Shown here: positions 1 to 13,289 of the stretch, piece by piece | How positions within the stretch are numbered: the stretch's first letter is position 1 | Layout of the letters: each line of letters starts with the position of its first letter | Origin: Octopus bimaculoides | Taxonomy: Eukaryota | NCBI RefSeq assembly: GCF_001194135.2 | Contig: NC_068991.1 | Span: 78,205,396-78,269,395 of the forward strand | Length of the DNA stretch: 64,000 nt | Direction of reading: 5' to 3' | Made by a program: the position numbers and the translations under genes | Notes under the pieces: model-generated | Told to the model about the DNA's origin: nothing | Database searches by the model: none | What the model saw: the letters and a program-made list of their open reading frames with translations, nothing else

Positions 1-1515
1 CAGATGGAATAACCATCTAAGCGATAAGAATATCCGTTTTACTACCTGTATAAATTACCCATGTTAACCCTGGGCATACATATACAAGCATATTATGTTC
101 ATAGCATACAGGCAATAACAAAAATAAACAAGAGTTTATCAGGAATCAAATTTAAATTAAGCAGAAAATGGAGAAATCTTGATCAACAACAATTGACTAC
201 CATCGATTATTATTTTTTAATACAAAACTTTATCCCCTCCAACAGCCGTTTCTGCTTCCAACGTCCTATAGTGTTGCCAAAGAAAATTCTGAGAATAATA
301 TTCGTCATATTTTGTAGCACATCCGATCTGGGACATGGAGCGTCATCAGAGTGAAGAAAAATACATAAAATAAAAGAAGAGAAAAGAAGAGCCTCGGGAG
401 GAGGAATGAAGACTTAATATATTTGAATCATACCATGGTATGATTCAAATTGTATAAGACGATCAGACAGACACGCAGACAGACAGACAAACAGACAGAC
501 AGAAACATCATGCTAAATTTATGTTCCAAACATTAGCTTAATAATGATGAAGTTATTTGCTGAATTCTTTATTAGTTTCAAAATCGATTGAAAGGCCGTG
601 TATTTCAAGAGAAATTTGGTAACAAAAGGGTTAAAGGAATTATGAGAAGAAAGTTCAAAATATGTTATTTTTAGAAAAATAGGAGAAAGGAGAAGGATCG
701 CTAAGTAATATATTGAATAAGGTGAACAAAAAAGAGGGGACAAAAGTGAGTATATGGAAATAAAAGACACAGAAGAGTATCTCGTAGATAGGAAAAGGAA
801 GAATGGGGGTGGGGGAGTGTACAAGAAATCTAATTAATGTCATAAGGAAGAATGAAAATTTCTAAAGAATACGAATTTCTGTCTCGGGTACAAGATTCAG
901 AGTGAAAGGGTGAACAAGAAGGTCATAATGGATAATGACGAAGCTCAGAAGTCGATTTGTATTTATCTTATCGATTTCGGAATGAGGAAAAATCAAAGCA
1001 GAGACGTCGGTGGGGTTTGAAACCAAAATGTAAAAAAGAAATCGTTCTGGTCTCTTTTATAACGAATGATACTGGCTAGTGACACAGACACCAGGTCATG
1101 AGGTCACGAGGTTACTAAGGCATAAATAAAAGGGACTAGTTGATTATATTCACCCCCAGTTCTTCCTGATGCTTTATTTCATTTATCCTGAAAGTCAGCC
1201 CTGGTGAGACATGAACACAAACTGTAGAGGGACCCAATCCCAAATAAACATCACAAGGCATTATTATCAGACGTTGTACCTATTCTGTCAAACCATGGTG
1301 TTTCACAAAAATAATTGTTTCTCGCAATGGCACAAGGCCTGAAATCTCGTGAGGAAGTTGTTCTTTACCATTGACTCCAGTAATTTATCTGTCCCGAAAG
1401 GACGAAAGACAACGTTGATCTCAATAGGATTTGAACTCAGGACGTAAAAAGCCAAAACAAATAGCGCCGCAAAGTATTTTTTCCAAAGTTATGTCGATTC
1501 TGATACGTCACCGCT

Positions 1516-1517
<2 letters not shown>

Positions 1518-1596
<79 letters not shown>
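1518..1596. repeat. (AAT)n microsatellite; representative of many simple repeats
   Basis: Others include (GT)n 6798-6871, (GATA)n ~7725-7812 and ~12963-13037, (GGAA)n ~20030-20190, (AAT)n 24120-24187, 24526-24670 and ~35757-35830, (TATG)n ~25920-26100, and (GAT)n 53395-53460. Most N gaps start or end in such tracts. Confidence 0.97.
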
Positions 1597-2448
1597 NNNN
1601 NNNNNNNNNNNNNNNNNNNNNNNNNNNNNNNNNNNNNNNNNNNNNNNNNNNNNNNNNNNNNNNNNNNNNNNNNNNNNNNNNNNNNNNNNNNNNNNNNNNN
1701 NNNNNNNNNNNNNNNNNNNNNNNNNNNNNNNNNNNNNNNNNNNNNNNNNNNNNNNNNNNNNNNNNNNNNNNNNNNNNNNNNNNNNNNNNNNNNNNNNNNN
1801 NNNNNNNNNNNNNNNNNNNNNNNNNNNNNNNNNNNNNNNNNNNNNNNNNNNNNNNNNNNNNNNNNNNNNNNNNNNNNNNNNNNNNNNNNNNNNNNNNNNN
1901 NNNNNNNNNNNNNNNNNNNNNNNNNNNNNNNNNNNNNNNNNNNNNNNNNNNNNNNNNNNNNNNNNNNNNNNNNNNNNNNNNNNNNNNNNNNNNNNNNNNN
2001 NNNNNNNNNNNNNNNNNNNNNNNNNNNNNNNNNNNNNNNNNNNNNNNNNNNNNNNNNNNNNNNNNNNNNNNNNNNNNNNNNNNNNNNNNNNNNNNNNNNN
2101 NNNNNNNNNNNNNNNNNNNNNNNNNNNNNNNNNNNNNNNNNNNNNNNNNNNNNNNNNNNNNNNNNNNNNNNNNNNNNNNNNNNNNNNNNNNNNNNNNNNN
2201 NNNNNNNNNNNNNNNNNNNNNNNNNNNNNNNNNNNNNNNNNNNNNNNNNNNNNNNNNNNNNNNNNNNNNNNNNNNNNNNNNNNNNNNNNNNNNNNNNNNN
2301 NNNNNNNNNNNNNNNNNNNNNNNNNNNNNNNNNNNNNNNNNNNNNNNNNNNNNNNNNNNNNNNNNNNNNNNNNNNNNNNNNNNNNNNNNNNNNNNNNNNN
2401 NNNNNNNNNNNNNNNNNNNNNNNNNNNNNNNNNNNNNNNNNNNNNNNN

Positions 2449-2580
2449 GAGACTCACGCTGTCGACCGGCAGAAAAGTGCCATCCTATAAGCTTCAAGAA
2501 TCCTACGAAAGATTCAAGAGATTTGAGGAGACTTGTTGTCACCAAGTCACAAGACAACAAACCCTGCCAACTAAAGTAGC
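2449..2580 (+). mobile_element. second RLE-type LINE 3' end fragment
   Basis: QKSAIL*ASRILRKIQEI* matches the same LQKxAILxxARILR terminal motif; it sits right after the gap that follows (AAT)n. Confidence 0.5.
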
Positions 2581-2811
2581 ACGTATTAGCTTTATACTCA
2601 TAAAAATTATTATTTCTAATCTTGGCCCAAGGCCAACAATTTCAGGAGGAGGAGGAGGAGACAAGTCGATTACATCGACCCCATTCCTGAGCTGGTACTT
2701 ATTTTATCGATCCCGAAAGGATGAAAGGTACAGTCGAGACATCGGTGGTATATGAACTCAGAACGTAAAAGGCTGAATGAAATTCTGACACTCTACCGAC
2801 TCTGCCAGTTC

Positions 2812-2910
2812 GAGAAGTACGTGGAACAAATAGGAGCTGCAATAAGAGTGGAGTACTTGCAGAAAACAGCAGTGCTTGGAACCGCTCGAATACTCCGGAA
2901 GGTGCTCTAA
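2812..2910 (+). mobile_element. C-terminal fragment of an RLE-type (R4/Dong-like) LINE ORF
   Basis: EKYVEQIGAAIRVEYLQKTAVLGTARILRKVL* (TAA 2908-10). Confidence 0.7.
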
Positions 2911-2934
2911 AATTGCGTGCAAACAAGACTAACA

Positions 2935-4330
2935 ATTTTTTTTTTTTTTAAAGAGGAAGAAAGAAATCAACAATGTGTAACCCTCAATAGGGAGGAGATT
3001 CGAGGGCTGTTCATGGAAAAACCGCATTAAAAAACCATGGGTACCCTGACTTTTGGGGCGTATGCTCAGGGTAGGCCCGTTCACACGCACCATTCTCGCC
3101 ACTTTCATCCACCTTTCAGCAAACTGACTAGAAGACAATACTTCTCTTTCAAGAAGTTCATCAGGGATTGGCCAAACAGAAAAGTACTTGTTTCAGCCTC
3201 TTCAATCTCGTCCACCATACAACCTCTTTCGCCAAGGCCACCAGGCATATAAAAACAGCCTTTCCTTCTCGGTTAAAGGAAAGCAGCGGGGTGATCTTCA
3301 CGATGGATTCAATTGACAGCTAGATCCATCCCACACGCGATAACAGGTGTTCGACATAAGCCCACAGGTCAGCAATGCTCGAGCACTGGACGAGTGTATG
3401 CAGGACCGTCTCGTCCTGCGCGTATCTCGCACTTGCTCGGCTGACGGCACTTTCGTGCCTGTAAAGTTTATTTCGAACAGGCAAAGCTCCCCAGCAGCAC
3501 TACCAAGCCAGAGATTTTTGGAAATTATCCATCGGTCCCGGCCTGAAAGTTCTCCACAAAAGAGCAACTAGTTGGTCTTCTTCGACGCCCAAGGTCACCC
3601 TAAAAACGTCGTCGCACTTTTTCTCCACTAATCCTCTATAAAAAGCTAAAGAGGACGTTCCACCTATCACAGTGTCTGATTGGCTGAGGGCTGTGAGCGC
3701 TTGAATACATTCCACTTTCAAAAAGCAGCCCCTCGGTCTCTGCTTTACCCAGGACTGCAGCTCCGTTAAAGAAACTAGTTGGGGAAGTATGTCTGGCGAA
3801 CGTCGACCACACCAATTCACCGTCAAGGAAGCACTGGAGGTGTCGTAGCCGCAGTGCATGTCTGCGTGTCATCAATTATGGCATGTCCAGGTCACCACGC
3901 AACGGATGCTGACAGCAGATAGACCACTTGACCATCGGGACGCATCCCTTCCACTAAAACCGGAAGAGTATACGCTCCAGTGTAATCAGACGGTGGCCAG
4001 GACAAGGTACGATGGGTCAAACGATAGTAGATGTGGGACGCGATATACGCGTTAGCCACCTCTGCCTGACCTTTCAGAGATAACTTTCTCTCGGCCCATT
4101 TCTGGGTGAGAGTAGTCACCGTCCTCGTTATTATGCCCCAGTTTTTGTCCATCTGGAGGTCAGGACCGAATCAGACCCCGAGCATTTTGACCGCTTCATC
4201 CGTCAAGCGCCCAACGACGGTATGGACTTGGACGGCATAGACTTGCTTCTGCAGGTGTCGAGCCGCAAACCCAATGATTTTTCCTGGTTAATTGTCGCTC
4301 CTGAAACCACCTCGTAGTCCCTGAGAGCGG
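2935..4330 (-). mobile_element. 5'-truncated L1/Tx1-clade LINE with poly(A) tail
   Basis: Minus translation YEVVSGATINQEKSLGL...VKMLGV*FG...NWGII...WAERKLSLKGQAEVANAYIASHIYYRLT; the T-run at 2935-49 is the poly(A) tail. Confidence 0.85.
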
Positions 4331-4972
4331 TGCCGATAATGACAATAATAAATCCACATTTTCATAGATGTTTCAGACAAAATAATAGGACGGAGATGAC
4401 ATGCAGAGCAATTTCGTAGCGCAAATAATCTGAATGTTGATAAACAAGTATACTGAAACCTAACATAACTATACGTTCCTCACAGCCTTTTTTCACTTCG
4501 TTTTGTTTCGTATTTTCTTTTCTTTTTCTGTCTTCTTTTTGTCTCTTACATATTTCCCCAGTAACTCTGAACGCCATTTTGACGTTGCTTTCCGATTAGT
4601 TTACTCAATAACAGTATATTTTTGTCACTTTTGCTTTCTTTTATTTATGTATTTATATATTTTTCTTTATGCTCTATTTTCCATTTTCATTTCTTTCGTC
4701 TATCATTTCTGTCTCTTTTTTCTTTTTCTTCTTTCCCCATCTTCATTGCTTTAAGAGGTGTGTTAATAAATACACAACTGACGACTACATTAATGGTGCC
4801 AACAGTTGTAAGAACAGAATGTAAAACAAGTAGCGATTATGCAATAATTTAGTAATTATTGGTAAAATAAAATGTAGTTTCTGATACTTCAAAGATCTCC
4901 ACAGGATTGGCGAAGCACAGAAAAAAATCAACAAGGTTTATTTGTGATTTGTTTGTTTGTTAGTATGTCTGC

Positions 4973-5007
<35 letters not shown>

Positions 5008-6389
5008 CTTTGGCTTGTTTTTTTTTAGTTGGTTGTGTGTGTGTTTTTCTCCGATCTACTGATATTTACCTTAAACTCTAGCAAATGATGCAGACGATAA
5101 AGAAGAGGGGAAAAAATGAAGTTCACGAAGTGGTTGAAGTATTTTGCTGTCAACAACGTTAACTCTCAGCCTCATCAACATCTGTATTGAGCTTTAGAAG
5201 AGAAGAAAGATGAAAGAGGAATGGGACGTGGTAATTATGATGTAAATTATTAGATGCGAAGAACAGTTATATATACAAATATACTAACACGCTATCTTAA
5301 AGAAAGCGTATTTGGCAGCAACATTGGATTTTGAATATGGTAATTACTTAATGCATTCTCTTGTAGCTTGTATGTGTATATATGTGAGTGTATGTGTGTA
5401 TGTGTGTGTGGTGCGCGTGTGTATGCGTGGTTCCCAGACATAGTTATTATGCTATGGTTTATTAGTTGTGACGGAGGTATATATAAAAATATACTAGCTC
5501 TAACATGTTATCTTAAAGAAAGTTTATTTGGTCGTGATATTGCGCTTTGTATATGATTAATGAATGCAAGCTCTTGTGTATATATGTGGATGTATATATA
5601 ATGGATTCTCTCCTCGATTTCCACGTGTGAAGGTCCACACCTTAGCTGCTAGATGACCCACACAGATGATTTGTTTTCAGTGGTGAAGGCCTGTGAAAGA
5701 ATATCCACACTCATTGGAAATTCTGACAGCAGAAAATTGTTGCAAATGTTTGCCAATAAATTCTATGAACAACACATCTCAGACTTTCCCTTTTGAGTTC
5801 TCCATCTCCTACGTCAGTTCTCTGCACCCCGACTTGCATTCTAACGCATACATTTTGACAAAAAGGCACACGTAGGTACTAACCCAAAACTTTCTAAGTC
5901 CTCGTGTATAATATACATATATTATGCAATTGGATGGACGTTGACTCTTCTGAATTCAGTCATTCTTTGACGCATCGCCTTTTCCCATTCTACAGAATGT
6001 CCAAAAACCACCTTACTCACCAAGGAAGCTCGGTGGTGTTGCTGGTTTAGTCGCTGATGGCTCGACCATCAACAGGTAGGACTGGGTTGCACGATACATT
6101 CAAGAACGACCCGACATGTATGTATATATACATACATACATGCATACATACATACACACACATACACACACACACACATATATATATAGAACAATGAGAA
6201 TGAGTGTTCAACAGCGCATTAGTGGATAAAGATTATTTGTGTATTAAGGCTACCATTGGTTTCATGTTAAGGAGTACTTCAACAATTATCAAGCCTACCA
6301 CAAGGAACATCAGTGTTCGTCTTCATTTTGGATTAAGATATATATGAGGTGGATGTGTAACTAACAGAATATTGCAATTATGGCGAATG

Positions 6390-6795
6390 GCAAAGAAAAG
6401 CCATGTGAAATGGAAATAAATGAAAAGGAAACAAAATCTATGGTAATACCAAGAAGCAATAGACATCCGAAATAAGTATTACTATAGAAGGAAAGCCGAT
6501 TAATTGAACAGGCATTAAAGATAACATGCCTGGCATATATCCAATGAGAAAACGGGAGGTCAGAGAAAAACTATGTTATGCAGGCCACTACCGGAGAACT
6601 AACGATGAAATATCCAAGAAATATCTCTCGCAGAAACCCGTGCCTGGGTATAGGGGTATCAGCGGGCCAAGAAGACAAATAGAGCGATCGACTTTTGGAA
6701 AATATTGGATATCAAGTTGAGTATATGAAGACTGTTATGGAAGATCGCGACATCTGGCGTTTCATTAGTTCAGGCAAGTCACCCGACCGGATAGG
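6390..6795 (+). mobile_element. decayed RTE-clade LINE fragments
   Basis: MEINEKETKSMVI; KLCYAGHYRR; MEDRDIWR, which are typical RTE ORF C-terminal motifs. Confidence 0.6.
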
Positions 6796-6811
6796 TAATG
6801 TGTGTGTGTGT

Positions 6812-6871
<60 letters not shown>

Positions 6872-7735
6872 NNNNNNNNNNNNNNNNNNNNNNNNNNNNN
6901 NNNNNNNNNNNNNNNNNNNNNNNNNNNNNNNNNNNNNNNNNNNNNNNNNNNNNNNNNNNNNNNNNNNNNNNNNNNNNNNNNNNNNNNNNNNNNNNNNNNN
7001 NNNNNNNNNNNNNNNNNNNNNNNNNNNNNNNNNNNNNNNNNNNNNNNNNNNNNNNNNNNNNNNNNNNNNNNNNNNNNNNNNNNNNNNNNNNNNNNNNNNN
7101 NNNNNNNNNNNNNNNNNNNNNNNNNNNNNNNNNNNNNNNNNNNNNNNNNNNNNNNNNNNNNNNNNNNNNNNNNNNNNNNNNNNNNNNNNNNNNNNNNNNN
7201 NNNNNNNNNNNNNNNNNNNNNNNNNNNNNNNNNNNNNNNNNNNNNNNNNNNNNNNNNNNNNNNNNNNNNNNNNNNNNNNNNNNNNNNNNNNNNNNNNNNN
7301 NNNNNNNNNNNNNNNNNNNNNNNNNNNNNNNNNNNNNNNNNNNNNNNNNNNNNNNNNNNNNNNNNNNNNNNNNNNNNNNNNNNNNNNNNNNNNNNNNNNN
7401 NNNNNNNNNNNNNNNNNNNNNNNNNNNNNNNNNNNNNNNNNNNNNNNNNNNNNNNNNNNNNNNNNNNNNNNNNNNNNNNNNNNNNNNNNNNNNNNNNNNN
7501 NNNNNNNNNNNNNNNNNNNNNNNNATATATATTAATATATATGTGTGTGTGTAATATAAAGATAAAACATATATATAGTATATAAAAGATAGGCATATAT
7601 AAAATGTAATATATATAATATATTTGTATGTGTGTACGCATGTTTGTGTGTGTGCGCGCGCGCGTGTGTGTTCAGAGAATTAGGTACACTTCAATTACAA
7701 GATATTGTACCGAATTTACTGAATAGATAGATAGG

Positions 7736-7813
<78 letters not shown>

Positions 7814-8157
7814 TTTTTGTAAGCAGATTCTACAAAAGGGAAATTAGAAAGAGCGTTTGATTTGCTGATTAATAACTCACTCGAACTAATTACTAAAATG
7901 GCGTCTCGGAATAATTTTCTTCAAAGATTTTTTTTTTAGTATGCTAATTGTTCATTGTTATTCTTGTAAAATATCGATCGTGTGCTTCTTGATTCTTTCC
8001 TCATTACTTCGGTAAGAACAGTAAATGAAGTTTTACTGAAGGGAACTAATATGGCAGAAACATGTCTGGTGTTGTTTTCTGTATTTGAGAAATTTAACTA
8101 AATAAAATTAGTTATTGAAATAGGATTATTGTTTTTATTTTCATCATTGCATTATTG

Positions 8158-8965
8158 CAGGGTGTTCGGGCTAAATTTGACAGTGTGCATAAAAGAAAAA
8201 AGACAGCACAATATTCTATCCAAAAATAAAAGTACCTTTAAAAAATTTAAAAAATATCAACCAGATTATGACTGAGAGATAACAGTTAATTCAAAGTAAC
8301 CACTCCCAGCTTCCACCATGGCCGCAAAACGGCTCCGAAACCTGGCGCATGCGCTCCTCACTGTATCCGCGGGAAGATCTTTGTGCATTTCCTTCATCTT
8401 GGCCACCTGTTCGACCTTGATTTTGCAGGTGTCATTCTCAACCGCGACCCACACATAGTAATCTGTGGGATTACAATCGGGGGTGGGGGGAGACCAGAGA
8501 TTGGAACTGGTGAACTCTAGGAATTCTCTGACAGCTACTTCTGACTATTTCCAGAGGTAAGGCAAAGAGCTGAATCCTGCTGCCACACATATAGCCATCC
8601 ACCAGCAACCTTCTCCAGCTAGGGATTGACCACAGTCTCTTGAAGCTTCACACAGCCGTCTGAATTGAGTCTAATGCCCTGTTCAAAGATGTGGTTCGGC
8701 ATGATGCTGCCCTGTATTCCTGCTGTGTCCCTTCTAGCTGGCCACAGCTCCGTAGTCTCCGTTGCAGCTGTCCACGTCATGTCTTACAGCATTTACAGTG
8801 TTCACAAAGCATAGAGCAGCAGTTATGACGCCGACATTTTGATATCGGGCACAAATCATGAGGATACGGGTAACTCTTTTCCTACGTCCAGATGGTTCGT
8901 CTAGTGATATTAGCGATTAAAACAGGGCGGCAAGCTGGTAGAAGCCACATCAAAATTTCCATTGG
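8158..8965 (-). mobile_element. internally deleted DD37D (maT-type) Tc1/mariner transposon
   Basis: YVWQQDSA...WSPPTPDCNPTDYYVW with 37 residues between the two Asp after repairing one 1-nt deletion; C-terminus ACARFRSRFAAMVEAGSGYFE; TIR-like CAGGGTGTTCGGGCTAAATTTG at 8158. Confidence 0.8.
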
Positions 8966-8987
8966 CCCCTCTAAGGGGAGGTAGCGT

Positions 8988-9500
8988 CTACTCTGGAAAG
9001 CGGTATCCTATGACTTTTACAAGCCATGCAACATCGGCGATACTGGCCGAAAACAGCGAAACCCCACCAGCGAGACAGGGCGAGACGATGTGATTCATGT
9101 CCTTAAACGCATTTTGCAAATTTGGCGACTGCAAGGAAAATACGGCATTGAGATAATTGTTTTGGGGGTCACCGTCACTCAACGCCAATATATATTTCTG
9201 TATGAAGTTGATCTGACAGATGACTGTTGACAGCTTAATACTGAATATATACAGCTTATAAATAACATTAAAGCGTAGCATGAGAAGTTTTCCAATTTCT
9301 TTTGCCATTATATCAGAGAACATTTTGGGTGAGAGGAAGTGGGGGGGAAACTCAATCACTTTCATGTTACAGATCAATGAGGATATTGCAAGATATGGTC
9401 GAAAGATCTGTGCTAATATGTATTCAACGATAATGCCTACCAATATACAGCTGTAACCATTTTTGAAAGAACGCTTAGAATTTACCTGCAGAACATGTTA
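8988..9500 (-). mobile_element. decayed CR1/L2/Jockey-group RT fragment
   Basis: The ORF has PYLAISSLICNMKVIE (compare YRPISLL..SKVxE), STVICQI, and NAVF...LQNAFKDMNH (compare DFSKAFDxVNH). Confidence 0.4.
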
Positions 9501-9907
9501 AATGGGAGAAAGTCAACGTAAGTAACGAGAGTGGATAAAAAAATACTTCAAGAAAAACATCAACAACATGCGTCGTACAATCGAACGTATAAATATCCAA
9601 TCGGGTGAATAGGATTTTCACAATAGACCAAAAAATCTAAAATGTGCCGAGGTTCTACGTTCCAAACACTTGAAAGAAATATTTGTAGAATATTATTCTT
9701 TTATTTGTTTAAAGTTATTCGATTGCGGCCATGCTGGAGCACCGTCTTTAGTCAAACAAATCGACTCCCAAAGCTTATTCTTTGTAAGCCTTAATGCTTA
9801 TTCTATCAGTCTCTTTTGCCGAACACCGCTAAGTTACAGGGACGTAAACACACCAGCATCGTTTGTCAAGCGATGATGAGGGAACAAACAAACACACACA
9901 CACACAC

Positions 9908-10008
<101 letters not shown>

Positions 10009-10219
10009 AAGAAACATGTTTCTCGTTCCTAATCATCTCGCAACAAACGTAAAGATATTTTAAGCTTTCTTCCGTAGACAGTGGGATCGGTTTTACTCGT
10101 ATCAAGCTAAAAACAAACACGGCAGGAATTACCGATTCCACAAGTGCGAGGATTACCCAAAAAAGTGAAAATATTTCTATAGTTTTCCTTTTTCTTCTTT
10201 TTCTTTTTTGCTATCAATA

Positions 10220-10545
10220 GAGGAGGCGTAGCTGAATGGTTAAAACGCTCGCTGTGATTAACAAGCACGTTGATTCGGGTACAGTCCCGCTGCTCGGCAC
10301 CTTGGGCTAGTGTCTTCTACTATAGCCCTGGACTCACCAATGCGTTGCGAATAAATTTGGTGGCTGGAGAGTGTATGGAAGCCCGTCCTATAAATGAATA
10401 TACTTGTGGTGGTGGTGGGGGGTTCGTCCTTTCTCATCACTTGACGACCGGTGTTGGTTTCTTTAAATCAATAAAAACATTCGAGGTGCTGCTCCAGCAT
10501 GTCCGCTGTCCAATGACTGAAACAAGCGAAAGAATAAAAGAATGC
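10220..10545 (+). mobile_element. SINE family A, older copy
   Basis: Head GGCGTAGCTGAATGGTTAA...CACCTTGGGCTAGTGTCTTCTACTATAGCC; tail CCAATGACTGAAACAAG. Partial copies also at 9696-9900(-), 11135-11340(-), 11578-11740(+), 11975-12110(+), 16680-16920(-), 17590-17820(+), 17860-18010(+), 32770-32985(+), 53945-54165(+) and 51141-51184(-). Confidence 0.8.
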
Positions 10546-11505
10546 AAGAACAAATGTATTCTTCCATAATAAACGCCATGAAAATTCCTATGAATACACG
10601 TCTAGCGTTGGACATAAATGCAGAGATCTGTAAAAACCAGCGAATTCGATATTATCCGGCTGCAAAGGTTTATTGACAATAAGGAACAAATGTAAAAAAG
10701 AAAAAAACAACAACAACAACAAAACCAATAATTAAAAACAAAAACAGTGCTAAAGTGTCTTCAGTTTTTTGTGTCGTCAAAGATTGAAGATATAACTTTC
10801 TATTGTTCAATTTATAATCTGCGTTTTTTCAGCTGAAATGGTTATTGTTTTTTCTCTTTTTTATATTTAGTTCTTTCTTAGTTCTTTTTAATGGTTTCTT
10901 AATACGATTGCCTTTGTCTTTTTTTTTTTTTCTAAATTTGTTTTTTTAAGTTGTTAAGTCACAACGCAGATTGTATGTAGGTTAGCAATTATATATTGTG
11001 TGCAGATGTAATGCGTGGGTAGTGTAGCGCAGACACGCACACACACACACACACGCATGCATATACATGCTACATAATGATTGCCATACTGAAATACGAC
11101 GAGAACCGCGCGTGTGTGTATGTATAATATCTGCATTTATTTTATCTTTTACTTGTTTCAGTCTTGAGACTGCGGCCATGCTGGGGCACCGCTCGTGAAG
11201 GAATTTACTCGAACGAAGCGACCCCAGTACTTTTTCTTTTTGAAGTTTCGTACTTATTCTATCGGTGTGCTACGGGGGACGTGAGCACACCAACACCGGT
11301 TGTCAAGCGGTGGTGGGAGACAACCACAGACACAAACACACACACACACATCTAAACATACTTTATACATATACACACAAACACACACATACATACATAC
11401 ATACATACATACATACATACATACGTACATACACAGACACACACACGTGTGTGCGTCTGTGCGTCTGTGCGTCTGTGCGTGTGTGTGTGTGCGTGTGTGC
11501 GTGTA

Positions 11506-11573
<68 letters not shown>

Positions 11574-12309
11574 GATAAATGCAGGTGTGGCTGAATAATT
11601 AAGAAGTTCGCTTCCCAGCCGTGATGTCTAAAGTTTAGTCCTAGTGCGTGGCATGTTGGTCAAGTGTCTTTACTACAGCCTCACATCACCCAAAAGCATT
11701 TGATAGAAATTGTTTAGAGAAGCCCATTGGATGGATTGTGTCTGTATTGAAACGTCTAACCTCATCACACACAAGAAACACACAAAGAGTTACAGAAAGA
11801 GGGGCAGGACTTCTGAAAACAGGCGGGAATTTTACATAATGTAACTCTGTTGAACCACATTGCATCGCCAGTTTTGTTTTCTTCGGTGCCAGATCCATAT
11901 TCTAATCGTCGCAAAGATTTGTTTTGATGTTTTTAATATATAAGTGTAAAAACCGGGTTTAAGTAGACGAGTATAACTGAGTGGTTAAGAAGAAGTCCCA
12001 GGTTCGAATTCACTTCGAGATATCTTGAACAGATGTCATTTTCTTTAGCCTTCGGCCGACCCATGGCTTGTGGGTGAAATGGGTTAACGGAAACTGTAAA
12101 GAAGCCCATCATATTGATTGTATCTGGAATTCCAAACAGTATAGCCTTATCATATACTGTATCACACTGTCTCTGCTTGAGATTTTGCTTAAGGGTACAC
12201 GTATCGATGGAATACTCAGCCACTAACACGTTGAATTCCTTCACCTAATTATTTTCAAATTTTCTACACTGATGTAACTTCTTTATTATTAATTAATTTA
12301 TAGAAAAAA

Positions 12310-12525
12310 GCGGCGAGCTGGCAGAATCATTAGCACGCCGGGCAAAATGCTTAGCAGCATTTCGTCCGACTCTACGTTCTGAGTTTAAATTCCGCCGAGG
12401 TCGACTTTGCATTTCATCCTATCGGAATCGATTAAATAAGTACCAGTTGAACACTGGGATCGATGTAATCGATTTATCCCCTCTCCCGAAATTGCTGGCC
12501 TTGTGCCAAAATTTGAAGTCATTAT
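12310..12525 (+). mobile_element. SINE family B, full-length copy
   Basis: GCGGCGAGCTGGCAGAATC...GAGTTTAAATTCC (B-box-like)...GGTCGACTTTGCATTTCATCC...GGCCTTGTGCCAAAATTTGAA+ATTATT. Other copies at 1325-1517(-), 2615-2812(-), 16370-16563(-), 40575-40800(+), 41835-41907(-) and 61625-61815(-). Confidence 0.88.
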
Positions 12526-12964
12526 TAATTTTTTAAAAAACGATGGATAAGATTCTCGTCATCAAGATGCAAAATTACAAATTTTTAAACATATAATCTG
12601 GTGAAAATTTTAAATACTTCAAGTGGTTGGACGAAATTTAACAAGGTCCTTTAATTCTCATCGTCAAATGACAAAGATCTGGTTTAGATATTTTATTTCC
12701 AAAACCTAAAATGTCACAACTCCACTCAACACTTCTCTTTGAAACCCTCTACTTCCCTCAAAGCGCTCCCTTCTTTCTAATGGGGGGATGCCATAGCCCA
12801 GCTTAATCATTGTTCGAAATTCTTGAACTGATTTCCGTCGTCTCTCTTTCCAGGTCAGCCTCCTCCAACTCAACCCATGTCAGCAGTATTTAATTTTCCA
12901 TAATATAGTTTCATTTATAGAAAGTTTATTCCCGTGTTTTCCTTTTACTACCTGTCTATTTACG

Positions 12965-13037
<73 letters not shown>

Positions 13038-13289
13038 TCTGCGATGATTTGAGAAGCGGTGACGAGTCACAATTCTGTAAATAATAATAATATTCTATAA
13101 GCTAAAAGCTTATAAGCGATCACCTTCAACGAAAAAAAGTAGGTTTTCGGTACGCATGCGTACACGTATTTCTGTGTACATTGGTGGTACTGGAGACATC
13201 ATGAAAAATCGTCTGCTAAATCCCTTTTATGTCATTTTCCAATGTAAACTAAAGGCACTCCACATCATTATCTAACCTTATCTAGAGGC

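Noticed and set aside
8988-9443. 151-aa ORF as a host gene
   Set aside because: It is better explained as a decayed LINE RT segment, with no splice or start context.
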